Positions 1-12,699 of a stretch of 64,000 nucleotides of DNA are shown piece after piece. The notes under the pieces are model-generated. The model had not been told where the DNA came from, did no database searches, and saw only the letters and a program-made list of their open reading frames with translations. Every line of letters starts with the position of its first letter. Positions within the stretch are counted from its first letter, which is position 1. The stretch comes from Eledone cirrhosa (lineage: Eukaryota): NCBI GenBank assembly GCA_964016885.1, contig OZ024761.1:29698001-29762000 (forward strand), written 5' to 3'. A program made the position numbers and the translations under genes.

Positions 1-149
1 CAGCACCAAGCCACGTCCCTTCACATTAGAAAGAATTATATATTATGTATGCCATTAAAATGAACTGTACAAGGGAGGCAACACTTTATTAGTAGTTTGG
101 CAGGATTTTCATTAGAGTTGCCCAGTACAACACGTACTTGGTTGTACGT

Positions 150-1560
150 GCCATGACTTAGGCAAAGGCTTTAGGGTGCCCATATAGTCACAAACATCCT
201 CAACTCTTTAATCTAGGATATAACAGTATCAGTACTTTCTTTATCAACCTCTGTGCAGTGGTTTCTGCAAGGGAGTGTCTGGGGTTCCATGAAAAAAGGT
301 AGAGGTGTTTATTTATATAACGACCCTATAAAAATATTAGAATTCGTGGTTTCCCCCAAAGGGTTCTGCATTTGAAAAAGTTTGGGAAACCTGATCTAGT
401 GAAATATCCAGGATGTGACAGCTGGGAGGTAAGTGAGAAGACTACTAGCACTGGTATAGTACTTCAACCTCGAAAAGGGCTTTAGGTGCTCATGATATTA
501 CCAACATCTTTATAATCCTCCCTTTGATCTAGTGGAACATCTATGATAGCTGGAATGAAAGAAGGCTGTACCATTACTGGTCTGGTACTCTCTTTATCAA
601 CCTCAAAGAGGTCTTTATGTGCTCATGGTGTCACCAACACCCTTACATCTGGGATATAACTGAAATGAGAGAAGGCTGTACCAGCACTGGTCTAGTACTT
701 CCTTTATCGACCTCTGAAAAGGGCTTTTGAGTGCCCATATAATCACACCCTTATTTCATGGATCTATTGATACATCCAAGATATGAAAGCTGGGAGGTGG
801 ATGAGGCTGTACCAGCATTGATCTGGTACTTTATTGACCCTCCAAAATGATTAAAGTTAAACTGGAACACAAGATATATCCCTGTCCATATTTCTCAGAT
901 TATCTAATGTTTCTGCTTATCTTTGCTATTTCTCACTCCAGTGTGAACCAGTCTCAACTCACCATATATCCTCTTTTGTTAATAGTAGACAATACTTCTT
1001 TGTCATACCACATTATACTTACCATTATCCTCTTTGGTTAGTTCATAGGACACAGCTCTTCTGTTGTCATACCACCTTGTACTCACCATTATTTATCCTT
1101 TGGTTAGTTCATAATACACAACTCTGTTGTTATACCACCAGTGGTGTATCACCAGCTTGTACACCAAAAAAAAAAAAAAAAAAAAATCAATGTCTACAGT
1201 CCATGTAATACACGACCACTGATGGCATATCGTTACCTTTTATTTCAATATCAATGCCCTCAATCCTTGTAATACACCACCACTGATGGTGTCTGGTATA
1301 TTATCACCATGTACTAAACCACCATTGGTGGTGTATTACTAGCTTGCACTATACGACCACTGATGGTATATCACTACCTTGTTCTTCAACATCAATGCTG
1401 TCCTTGTACTACACCAACACTAGTGATATATCCCACCTTGTATTACACCACCTGATGTTCTCAGTTCTTGTACTACACCAACATTGATAGCGTATCGCCA
1501 TCTTGTATTACACAACCAATAAAGGTGTGTCACTTGCTATTCCGAACTCTCAACACCAAT
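150..1560. repeat. Two adjacent degenerate tandem arrays
   Basis: ~120-bp units with GCTGTACCAGCACTGG (to ~850), then TGTA(T/C)TACACCAC-rich units (~940-1560). Confidence 0.65.
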
Positions 1561-1710
1561 CTACATACATCCCCTGGGTAATATACCCACTCTCCACTCC
1601 TCAGGCTCATGACAGCATCTATCAAGACAGTTGTTCAACCTACAAGCATTAGAAATCAAATCCTTATTAACTCTTACATCTTGTAATAAATTAGCAGAAA
1701 ATATCTATAA

Positions 1711-1906
1711 CCCTTTAGCCATATCCAGCCAGAATTCTCTCTTCTCGTTCTGTTCAAACTGGTTATAAGCAGCTACTCATATTGACATTAAGGTATTGTT
1801 CTCAAAATAAATAACATCAAAATCTCATAGATTAGATATTACGTGAGATGAAGCCTTTACTGCAAAAATACAATAGTAAATATAGAGTAATATAAATGTT
1901 AAAGGG
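1711..1906. mobile_element. piggyBac-like MITE
   Basis: CCCTTTAGCC...GTTAAAGGG; body shared with the 53874 copy. Confidence 0.72.
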
Positions 1907-2075
1907 ATAAAACATGTTTGTTAATTCAAATTACTCTATCGTGTTCCAGCCAACAGGCTACGGCCATGCTGGGGCACCGCCAATGTTCATAATACCTTTA
2001 CTTGTGGACAAAGTTGTAAAAATCATGTAATATATTAGAAGAAATTATCTAAAGAAATGGGTTTGTTAATTCAAA

Positions 2076-2368
2076 TCATCATCACCGTTTTACGTCCGTT
2101 CTTCCACGCTAGCATGGGTTAGACGGGTTGTCCTGTTGTGGGCAGTGTCTGGTCAGCTGACCATGCCGTGCTCATACAGGAACTGATTTGGCTTGATTTC
2201 TACAGCTGGATGCCCTTCCTAACACCAACCTCATTTACAAGGAGTACTGGGTGCTTTTTCGTGGCGCCTACACGTCCACTTTACAGTGGGGGCTGGGTGC
2301 TTTTTTGCAGTGGGGGGTGTGGGGGCATATTGTCTATATGCTTCAGCTTGTACCCATGGGAGGTCGGG
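2076..2368 (-). mobile_element. SINE-like family A copy
   Basis: Shared core GGTTGGTGTTAGGAAGGGCATCCAGC...CCCATGCTAGCGTGGAA and (ATG)n tail, seen in more than 10 copies in the window. Confidence 0.85.
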
Positions 2369-3028
2369 TACTCTGTATATCTTTACTTATGGACAGAACA
2401 CTCAAAATTTGCAGTATTAACTTAACATCCTGCAATCGATTAGCAGAATATATCTTTAAATACGATGGAAGGTGTTTAAATAAATATAAACACTTTAAAA
2501 CAGTTTTGTTTTATCGAAGAGCAAGGGACATTTTCAGACGTGTTGATATCAAAGTGATAATATTTAGGTCATTTTCAGATGCACTGATATCAAAAGGGTT
2601 AATATTAATTTGGGGAGCAGTGTGGGAAGGAACACTGACTGGGTTATTCTAATTAATTTCTTGTGAATTAAAGTTGCCAAACTAGAAAGTTTTGTGTGAA
2701 TATATATATATATATATATATCATCGTTTAAGTCCATCTTCCACGCTTATATATACACACACACACACACACAGTGTAAACAGATTATATTGTGTATTGA
2801 ATACACATGTATAAAATATAAATAATATACACTTTGTGTTTACTGAATACAAGTGTATGTATAGAATACAATTATATCCAATAGATACACAATAGAAAAG
2901 TAATATCTGAAAAAGCAACAGAAATATTGCCTAGATATGTCTTCCACAATATACCAACACACACATATACATACTTATATATACATATAGTCAAACATTT
3001 CCATCAATATACACACACACTATGTACA

Positions 3029-3107
3029 CAGGGTGTTCCAAAAACAAAAATATATACACTTTTATTAGAATGTTATTGAAGTGTATATATTATTTCGGGA
3101 CACCCTA
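3029..3107. mobile_element. ~80-bp mariner-type micro-MITE
   Basis: CAGGGTGTTCC...GGGACACCCTA termini; second copy at 54310-54395. Confidence 0.65.
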
Positions 3108-3632
3108 TATATGTCATTTACTTCCACCATCACTCATTGCTAGCTCCCATGTTGTTATTCTTCAGCATCACCAACAATTATAAAACAACACCACCACCAC
3201 CTCTTTCTTTCTTGTAACACAGTAATACACCCCCCCCCCCTCCTTCCTTCCTTTCTTGTAGCAGACGTCAGTAGTAATTCTTTGTTTTATTTGTACCAAT
3301 TTTTCTATAAACAACTGCTTTGACGTCATCAGCCATTCAGCTTTCTATTGACGTCAGCAAAAACGTGCCTTGCAGTTAATTCATCTCATCTCTTAACAAC
3401 TTCATTACTAGTGATGCTCCTGCAACAACAGCATCACTATTAGCGGTGAGGGTGCTGCTACTGTTATGTTGGTAGTTAAACCTCTGCAACAACAACAACA
3501 ACAACAGCTACTGTTATGGTTGATAGTTGAACTGCAGCAACAAGGGCTTCACTACTAGTGATGTTGCTGCTGTTGTTGGTAGTTAAACTGCTTCAAAAAA
3601 CCACACCAACATCAGCTGCAGCTAACTATAGT

Positions 3633-3663
<31 letters not shown>

Positions 3664-3794
3664 ATAGCTAACTAGTCACCTCTACTGCTGTGAAATTCTG
3701 ACTTAACTAAATATAACATCTTTACAAAGACTTTCCCCAACACCTCACCCTCAAGTAGTTCTATTTTAGTACATTAGTAGTAGAAGTAGTAGAG

Positions 3795-4165
3795 TTTTTA
3801 ACTGACTTCAGTTAATAAACTGAGGCCAAGCTGGAGCACCACCTTAACGGGATCTAGTTGAACATAACTCCTTTAATTTACTTCAATTATTAGAGTGGCC
3901 AAGCTGGGGCACCACCTTGAAGGAATCTCATTCAACATAATGACCCCTTCTTTAACAGAATTCAGTTATTAGGCTGTGGCCAAGCTGGGGCACCACCTAA
4001 AAGGCATCTATTTGAACATAATGACTCCCTGTTTAGCTGACTTCAGTTATTAGACCATGGCCAAGCTGGGGCATTTTATTGACCTTAACACACATGCAGA
4101 TATAGACAAGCATTTTTACTGCGGTTTACTTCATTAGTCAGGTGACCATGCTGAGGCACAGCCTT
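3795..4165. repeat. ~70-bp tandem repeat (GGCCAAGCTGGGGCACCACC)
   Basis: 4-5 diverged units. Confidence 0.8.
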
Positions 4166-4254
4166 CCAGAGATTGTCATCATGACGATATCCCTCTACAA
4201 GTGATAATTTTTAGTACTTTATTGCCCACGTTTTGTCAAACCACTAAGTGGTTT

Positions 4255-4515
4255 GTGGCTTAGTGGTAACGGTATTGAACTTATAATCATAATGACATGG
4301 GTTCAATTCCTGGACTGGGTTGTATGTTATGTTCTTGAGCAAAACACTTCATTTCACATTGTTCCAGTATACTCAGCAGCAATAGCTGGCAGTTTAACCT
4401 CGAAATGGACTGGCATCCTGTCCAGGGGGAAGTCTTGTTTTCTCAGCCACTTCACACTATGGAAACCAGGATAAACAGCAGCCTGATGAGGCAACAGGCT
4501 GAAGAAAGACTTTAG
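4255..4515 (+). mobile_element. tRNA-derived SINE (family B)
   Basis: TGGCTTAGTGG / GGTTCAATTCC boxes; body shared with the 43169 and 58132 copies. Confidence 0.8.
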
Positions 4516-4694
4516 ACATTTTTTTTAAGTTACAGAACACAAGACACATTAAATATATAATTAAAGCACAAATAGATGTAAGAAATATTACAAAACTTGC
4601 TATCCACTGTTCTCATGTCTGCCATTTCACCTTTTATATATATATATTTATTAAAATAACAGATTTTAGTCTTTGCATTTATTATTATTACTAT

Positions 4695-4725
<31 letters not shown>

Positions 4726-4960
4726 GTGTAAAATCCCAACCACTACACCAAGTGTTTTCAGCTTGGCGCCACAGTTAGGATTCTACACCTCCCCATGTAG
4801 CGAGTACTCACATGATTAGTGGTCTCCTTGGCCTCAGCACCACAGGTTCTCTCTCTCTCATATAAATATAATGAGCCACCAAGCTGAACCTAAAGTCACT
4901 ATCACTTTTCCACTTCAAATATAAATTCTTACTAACATAATAAATATATATATATATATA

Positions 4961-5130
4961 AACCATATTTCTTGGTGTCGAAGACGCTACTTTTCCCCCT
5001 AAAATAGTCTCAAAATTCTACCATGCGCTCTGCAGGGCGAAGGTTGATTGTCATTTTTTTTTTTAAATGTTGGTCAAAATTAGGGTGCGTCCTTGAGGAC
5101 AAAGCGTCTTCAGCGCTGGGAAATATGGTG
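4961..5130. mobile_element. Tc1/mariner-pogo-like MITE
   Basis: ACCATATTTC...GAAGACGC mirrored by GCGTCTTC...GAAATATGGT; TA flanks. Confidence 0.75.
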
Positions 5131-5599
5131 TATATATATATATATATATATATACATATATACATACATTCCAATTTTATAAACACGTATTGTAATACAT
5201 ATTTATACAAACATGTATTTATAAATGGCAGAGAAAGAGATCGTTTTAGTATGTTTAGTATGTGGACATGTATAGATATGTATGTAAATGTGACAGTATT
5301 AGGAGCTATATATAAATCCATTGTGTATTTTCTGCTATGATTATATAAGTGATGAGGTCCTTGAGGCAATATTTTATGACCAAGGTGCCATTCCAGGTGT
5401 CAACTCTTTTAGTTATCTCTTATGACACACAAAGACATGGTCTATCTGTTATAAACCACACACAGGCAAGATAGCCTTAAATAGTTGTAATGTAAAGCTA
5501 AGTTTTCAGCTGTTCAGTGACGATGGTCAATAATGGAGTCATATAAAACTTATGTATTGATAAGGGGAAATATCAGAGAATCTTCTAGAAGTCAAGACT

Positions 5600-5965
5600 T
5601 TAACCCTTTCGTACCAGTTTTTCACATCATCTGCCAAAACCACACCTTTTAAGTTTATGATACCAAACCACCTGAAACCACTCTTCGTTCTACAGAATTG
5701 TTTGTTTTAAAGTTGTTTATATTTATTTAAAATCCTCCCTTCATAATTCTAAGCATCTTTGATAAGTTTTGCTGCAAACACCAGCTTAAGAGGACTTGAT
5801 TATTTTTCAAAATGACTTAAAAACCTGAAGCAGTGTGTTTTATTAGAAATATAGTGACAAAATGGTTAATGACATAAGTAGTCTTTAATTAAAGATTTTG
5901 GTAACAAAATGGTTAATGACTTAGACAGTGTCTTTCATTAGAAATATGGTAACGAAATGGTTAAA
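5600..5965. mobile_element. Abundant AT-rich TTAA-flanked MITE family (GATACCAAACCACCTGAAACC...TTAGAAATATGGTAAC)
   Basis: Many diverged copies, e.g. ~8055-8245, ~26413-26665, ~31228-31480, ~46130-46325; CCCTTT/AAAGGG-like termini. Confidence 0.6.
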
Positions 5966-7114
5966 TAATATTGATAACTGGAAGTGTATATAACTTCTGA
6001 AATAAAACAGCTTAATGATTGGGAGTGTAACAATATAAATTTCAAAGGTTGTATGTAACAGGAACAAAATCTAGGCAATAAGCAAACACCAAAAATAAAA
6101 ACAAGTTTCTATGAAAGAAACTGTTTCAAAAGGAATGATAATAGGAAATGGATTTGTAATTATTTTTTTTATTTTTCTCATAAGACAAAATGATGCAGAG
6201 GGGCAAACAAATTTAAGAGAAATTCTATAAAGAAAATAATTTAGAAAAAGCTTATTTGAATTATATCAAGTTGTCATTGACAAGGTGAATGGTTGGAAAT
6301 CTTTAGGCCTATCTTCTGATAGTGAGGCTAAATAGCAGTTGTCACTTCAGTTTGTATGTAGGTTTGGTGGTGGTGGTGGTGGTTGTGATGGTGATAGTGA
6401 TGATGGCGTGATGTTTATGACAGGAGAGACATGAAGAAAAATGAAAAATACAGAACAGCAACAATGTATTTTTTGTTTTTTCTTTTAAAAATGCACATAT
6501 GATAAACTAGTAATGGAAAGAGAAGAAACAGAAGTGGCAGATACATACATACATGTACACATACACCAACAAACATATATACATTACATACAAAAACTGA
6601 AAAAAATATTAAGATAGAATTAGAAATTGGTGTAACAAAAGTGAAATGGTTGAAAAACTCAAAAGATAGTTCTTAAAATCAAACGATATACAAAGTGATC
6701 AACCGACCACCACCGGTCCAACCACACATATACACAGAATGACAAAAATATCCACTTTATCAAGAGACAACAAACTATCTTACAGAAGAAGGAGGGAAAA
6801 AAAAATAATAATTAAGGCCAATGGATTTATACAGATGCTTTTTAAAACAGCGAAATAGAAAGATCAATCATACTTGGATGAAAGAGAAGATATAAGATAG
6901 AGATTATTATTGTTATTATTATTATATAGAATGGACAGACGGATGCCTGCGCTAAACCACTGCTGCCACCAATGTTGGTCGGTGATGATGTGAGCTTCTT
7001 GTTGCTGTTTGTTGCTAAATCCTACAAGGTTTTTTTTTTGGTTTTAGGGTCCCAGCAATCTTTTTATCTCCCATTTTTTTTCTGCCTTCTCTTTCTTCTT
7101 GACCAATCCTCACA

Positions 7115-7148
<34 letters not shown>

Positions 7149-7195
7149 CCTCAGGAGATACCGAGGCAGGGATCAGTGCTGAGAACTGCAGTCAG

Positions 7196-7231
<36 letters not shown>

Positions 7232-7454
7232 ATGCTGGGTTTACAAGAGAGGAGAGATAACAGAGTAAGTAGAGTTTTAGAACTAAATGAATGAGAAAAG
7301 TTTGAGGTCAGGAGAAAATACAGAATGTTATATCTACACTTGGCAGGCATATACACAGTAGCAGTGCTGAGAGAAACTACATAAACATCTTTCAAAAAAT
7401 AAAAATAAAAAACATTAACCAATAGTTTATGCAGTTCCCTTTCCTCTTTGGTAG

Positions 7455-7497
<43 letters not shown>

Positions 7498-7863
7498 ATA
7501 TATTTATTCTTTTTTGTTTAATATTTTGTTTTCTTTACTTAAGGGGAGGTATTTTGGCATCGTTTTTTTTTTAAATCTCACTTTATTCAGTTTAAATTTC
7601 ATGCTTCAAATGCTTTCAACACTAGTTGCAAATATCTTTGACTAAGCCTTTCCTCTTGTTTCCCACCATCCCCTTTTTTATTGCCCACTAGAACTGTACA
7701 TTTAAATCTGACACTCAAAGTGACAGACAGAAAAAGGAAAAAAAAAGGCAACCTCCCCCACCCATGTATTTGTAAAATTAAAAATGGCCCAAAAGCTCAT
7801 ACAACTGGCCATTAAACACAACAAAAAAAAAAATTAAATAAAAAATAAAGGAGATCCAAGTCT

Positions 7864-7968
7864 TTACATTTTCCCTTTGCCCTTCACAGTCCCTCGAGGT
7901 GGAGTGACAGGCCGACCGGCATTCAAGCCTCCGTATAAGAATTTCTTTTTATCAGCTGGTTTTAATAT
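7864..7968 (-). CDS. PPP1CA: PP1 coding exon 7 ([34 protein letters not shown])
   Basis: Acceptor cctcctttgcag; contains the inhibitory CDK site TPPR; TAA at 7864-7866. Confidence 0.96.
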   Translation of the reverse strand: MLKPADKKKFLYGGLNAGRPVTPPRGTVKGKGKM

Positions 7969-8247
7969 CTGCAAAGGAGGGAAAAAAGAAAGAAAAAAAA
8001 ATCTCTTTAGTTAAAATAGATAATTGATGAAATAAAGCATAATGGTTTATACATTAACCTTTTCCACATGAAACCACCCCTGGTTCTATGATATAAAACT
8101 GTTTGTACCAAACCACCCCTGGTTCTATATTTTTAAAAAATGTTTGTTCTGAGATGTTTATATTTACCAAACATCAACTAAATTTCTCCAAAATTTTATT
8201 ATTTTCAAAATAATTTCAAAATCATAAACAGTTTATCATTAGAAATA

Positions 8248-8572
8248 CCGTACTTGCCAGCCTATTGGACGCACTTTTTTCAACAAAAACATAAAAAATA
8301 TTTCCCACATCCAATACACCCATATCAACGATGGGAGGAAGGTAAGGATAATCATGGTTGAAAAAATTTAATTTGTATTACTATTAGTATTACTGACATA
8401 GTAATACAATTTATATAAGCAAAATGATGTCAAACTTGTATAAGAGTTTCTGAGAAAACAATGAAATAATTTTTAATAAGAAATGCACTAAAATTCTTTT
8501 TCTCTCAAAATATCCTTGTAAAACCAGGGGGCATCTCATACAAAGGCATGTCCAATAGGCCAGCAAATATAG
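8248..8572. mobile_element. pogo-like MITE in PP1 intron 6
   Basis: TA|CCGTACTTGCCAGCCTATTGGAC...GTCCAATAGGCCAGCAAATATAG|TA. Confidence 0.8.
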
Positions 8573-8613
8573 TATATTAAACAATATGTTGCAACAATAA
8601 AGCATGTTCTTTA

Positions 8614-8787
<174 letters not shown>

Positions 8788-9392
8788 TTAAAATATAAAA
8801 AAATCTTGATTTATAATCAACAAAAAATTTTTTTTTCAGTTTAACTAGAAGTAGTTTTATCTATCTCTGGGAGAAATCAGTTATGTTCAGACCTGGAGAA
8901 GGGATGTCTCCCCGCAAGATTAAAAGTACCCAAGACACGCCATATGTCATTACAGCAACCCCTACAATTCCATCAGGAATTACAGGTTCATACATACATG
9001 CAACCAGAAGTAGCATCTCAAAATGCTTACATACTATTAAATGGAAACATTGGAACAAATTTAAATATTAACTCTTGATACCAAACTACCTAAAAATGCC
9101 CTTGGCTCTATCACTACACAATACTCAAGATAGGTAATAAAACGCTATTAACACAACCATTTTAAAATTTACCATTTGTCTCTTTGCTTTGATCAATCGA
9201 CAAGATCTCAGACCTCATTTGCTTGCCAAGTGAGGTAGACCTCGTCAAATTGGACCAATTGAAAATAAACTAGCATATATACTCCATACACCCCCACCCT
9301 AAATGTCACATATTTCTCAGCTTATACATGAGCATATACAGTATTATACTTTCATGAATCAGTACTAAAATAGTTAAAACACACACACATTA

Positions 9393-9650
<258 letters not shown>

Positions 9651-9702
9651 TCAAAAACAATTTTTAAATGATGGTGGTTTGGTTCAAAGATCGTTAAAAG
9701 AT

Positions 9703-9837
9703 CAGGGTATGGGCAACCTTTTTCGAGCAGTGGGCTACACTACTAAAAAAATTCAAGGCAATTTTGAAATTAGGGGTGCCATTCAGAAAGCCAAATGAGC
9801 TGGATGCAGTTCATGGGCCACAGTTTGCTCATGACTG
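9703..9837. mobile_element. hAT (Charlie-like) MITE
   Basis: CAGGGTATGGGCAAC...GTTTGCTCATGACTG termini; 8-bp TSD degraded. Confidence 0.6.
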
Positions 9838-9889
9838 CTAAAGTTCCTAGTAGTAATTGTATAACAGTATATTTACTTCAACTCTTAAC

Positions 9890-10375
9890 ATCCTGTTAGT
9901 AGGCGAAAACTCTTAACAGGGCGAGTGGACAGCAGGAGGACCTTCAGAAGAACTTCCATCAAGCAAGTGCTTCGGCCCTTAATACTTCCTGACACTTTAA
10001 GGAAGCAGAGCCCACCTAGGACATGACCTTTAGGTGTCCTCCTGCTGTTTTTCGCCTCCAGCAGGATATGAACTTGGGACCTTCCGGTGATCTTGTGGCC
10101 CATTACTATGGTTTACACCACTCAGCCATGAAGACCATCTGTGGGACACATCACATCTATTTAAACTGCAATCATCTTTGACCATAACCACACTGAACTT
10201 TTCTCGGCTGTCTAACCGTTTTATTGCTGTTCTCCGACCTTTGATTCCAAGCTGACCTAATAGTTGGTACATGGAAGCTGTGACAAATCGTCGTACACCA
10301 ACTTCCACTGGCTTTATTGTGCACTGATACCCCTCTCGTCATCTCTCTGGCGATGTCTTTGTACTTCTCTCTTCC
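9890..10375 (-). mobile_element. 3' end of an RLE-type (HERO/R2 superfamily-like) non-LTR retrotransposon
   Basis: REKYKDIAREM then (frameshift) VEVGVRRFVTASMYQLLGQLGIKGRRTAIKRL matches the KY...EVGxRGF restriction-like endonuclease C-terminus; followed by a GC-richer 3' UTR. Confidence 0.65.
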
Positions 10376-10570
10376 ACACAACACCAGATTCCTCTTATGC
10401 CAAGTTTTGCTTTTAATGCATCTGTGATTCATTGCTCATGCTCACTAACATTATACATCCGGAGGAGCGTACTAGCTTCATTTCTTTGTAATCTTTGCTC
10501 ATCCTCTGTATTCAATGTCTGTGTATCACTACAATGCAACATTGCACTTTGTATGATTACTTCTGAAAAA
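10368..10570 (-). mobile_element. RTE-clade LINE fragment
   Basis: Manual translation SAMLHCSDTQTLNTEDEQRLQRNEASTLLRMYNVS...LKAKLGIRGIWCCVEER resembles the RTE post-RT region. Confidence 0.7.
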
Positions 10571-10759
10571 CAGGTCAAACCACATTTCTCAAAAGATACT
10601 AAAACAAAACCACAATAGCAACACTGTTAATCCATAAGAATACAGTTATAACACTGGTGACCTTTTCATTGTTTCATAAACACTGTTCATATATACTGAT
10701 CTAATTATAGGAGAATTTTCTATATTATCTGAAATAGCAAGCAGTAAAATATGTGGAAA

Positions 10760-11170
10760 CTAAGATGTAAGAAATAAAGGGATCATAACCCAAGTAAGAT
10801 ATAAAGAGTAAAGACATAACTAAGATATAATAAGTAAAGACATCATAACTTATCTAAGATATAAGGAATAAAAATATCTCGAGTATACGATAAGGAATAA
10901 ACAGATCTTAACCCAAGTAAGATATAAAGAATAAAGACATAACTCAACTAAGATATATCAAGTATATTATAAAGAGTAAAGTCATAACTAAAATATAATG
11001 AGTAAAGACATCATAATTCAACTAAGATATCTAAGGAATAAAGAGATCATAACCCAACTAAGATATCTCAAGTATATTATAAGGAATAAAGAGATCTTAA
11101 CCCAAGTAAGATATAAAGAGTAAAGACATCATATCAAGTATATTATAAAGAGTAAAAAACAGATATAAAG
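10760..11170. repeat. Degenerate minisatellite (TAAGATATAAAGAGTAAAGACATCATAAC)
   Basis: Repeated units visible in PP1 intron 4. Confidence 0.8.
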
Positions 11171-11281
11171 TTTTGAGATGTTATAACGAATGCTGTTGAT
11201 GATGGTGATGATGATGATGGGAATGATGACAACGATGATGATTATTACAACCTGATATATACACAACACATCCTTGACTTA

Positions 11282-11464
<183 letters not shown>

Positions 11465-11513
11465 TCATATTTACATGTGTATATATGTGTAATAAGCAAC
11501 AAGTGGCAAGAGG

Positions 11514-11565
<52 letters not shown>

Positions 11566-11600
11566 GTAGAAGGTCTATATATTAATTACATAATATTACA

Positions 11601-11832
11601 CATCATCATTTAACATCTACTTTCCATGCTAGCATGGGTTAGACGGGTATGTCCCATTTGAAGCAAGTTGGGCCGGGTGATCGTGTCTCGCTCATATAGG
11701 ACTCTTTCTGGTTCTTTTTCTACAGCTGGATGCCCTTCCTAACGCCAACCACATTTACAGTGTGTGCTGGGTACTTTTTGCCCTGACACCTACACGACGA
11801 CTTTATAGTGTGGGCTGAATGTTTTGTGGTAC
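11601..11832 (-). mobile_element. SINE-like family A copy
   Basis: Same core and tail. Confidence 0.85.
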
Positions 11833-12245
11833 ACAAATTATATATATATATATATATATATAATGTGATTTCTAAGAGCAGTCATTAACCCTTGTTACCA
11901 TGTCTCAGAATATACAGTGGACAATTTGGTAACAATCTTTTTTTAATTAATTTGGCAACATATGAAACCATGTTAATGAACTATTCACATATATAAACAA
12001 ATTAAAAACTAATTAATGGAAGGTTAATTGGGCTCACTCACATAAATTATGTGAGAGTGTCTGTGTATGTATATATGCATGCATGTATGTGAGTATCTAT
12101 GCATGTGTGTGTGTGTGCTTAGTTTAAATGTTATGTAGAATTATTTTCCTTTGTACTCTTCTTTAATATCAAAAAAGACAAACAGGAAGTACACAAAACA
12201 ATAAATTGAATGTGTTCATAAGTGTATGTACATGTATGTAATGCA

Positions 12246-12610
12246 CATCATCATCATCGTTTAACGTCCATCTTCCACGCTTGCATGGGTTTGGACGGGA
12301 ATTTTCCCACTTGAAGCAAGATTGGTTGTCTTGTTCGTAATAGGACTGTCTGGCGGGTTTTCTACGACTGGATGCCCTTCCTAACACCAACCACGTTTAC
12401 AGTGTGGACTGTGAGTTTTTTTACTGTGTTACCTACACGGCCACATTACAGCATGGACTGTGTTTTTTTGTTGTGACACCTACACGACCTCATTTATTTC
12501 GGACTGGATGTTGTGGTACCAACATAACTTTACATCGAAAGGGGGTGGTGTGGATGGGGTGGGGGTAGTGGGACGGGGGTGTATTTTTGTTAAGAGGTGC
12601 CTACTGACTG
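12246..12610 (-). mobile_element. SINE-like family A copy (long form)
   Basis: Near reverse complement of 54722-55098. Confidence 0.88.
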
Positions 12611-12699
12611 TAGGTTTCGCTTTGTACTTAGTTCTGTATTACTGTGTAGCCCCAAAGAACTCGGTCCAGTGACATTGTCTTGGAGAGGTGTAATGTATA

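Noticed and set aside
3400-3690. Poly-Q/S/A-like trinucleotide region as a coding exon
   Set aside because: Early stops in all three minus-strand frames after the candidate acceptor; low complexity.
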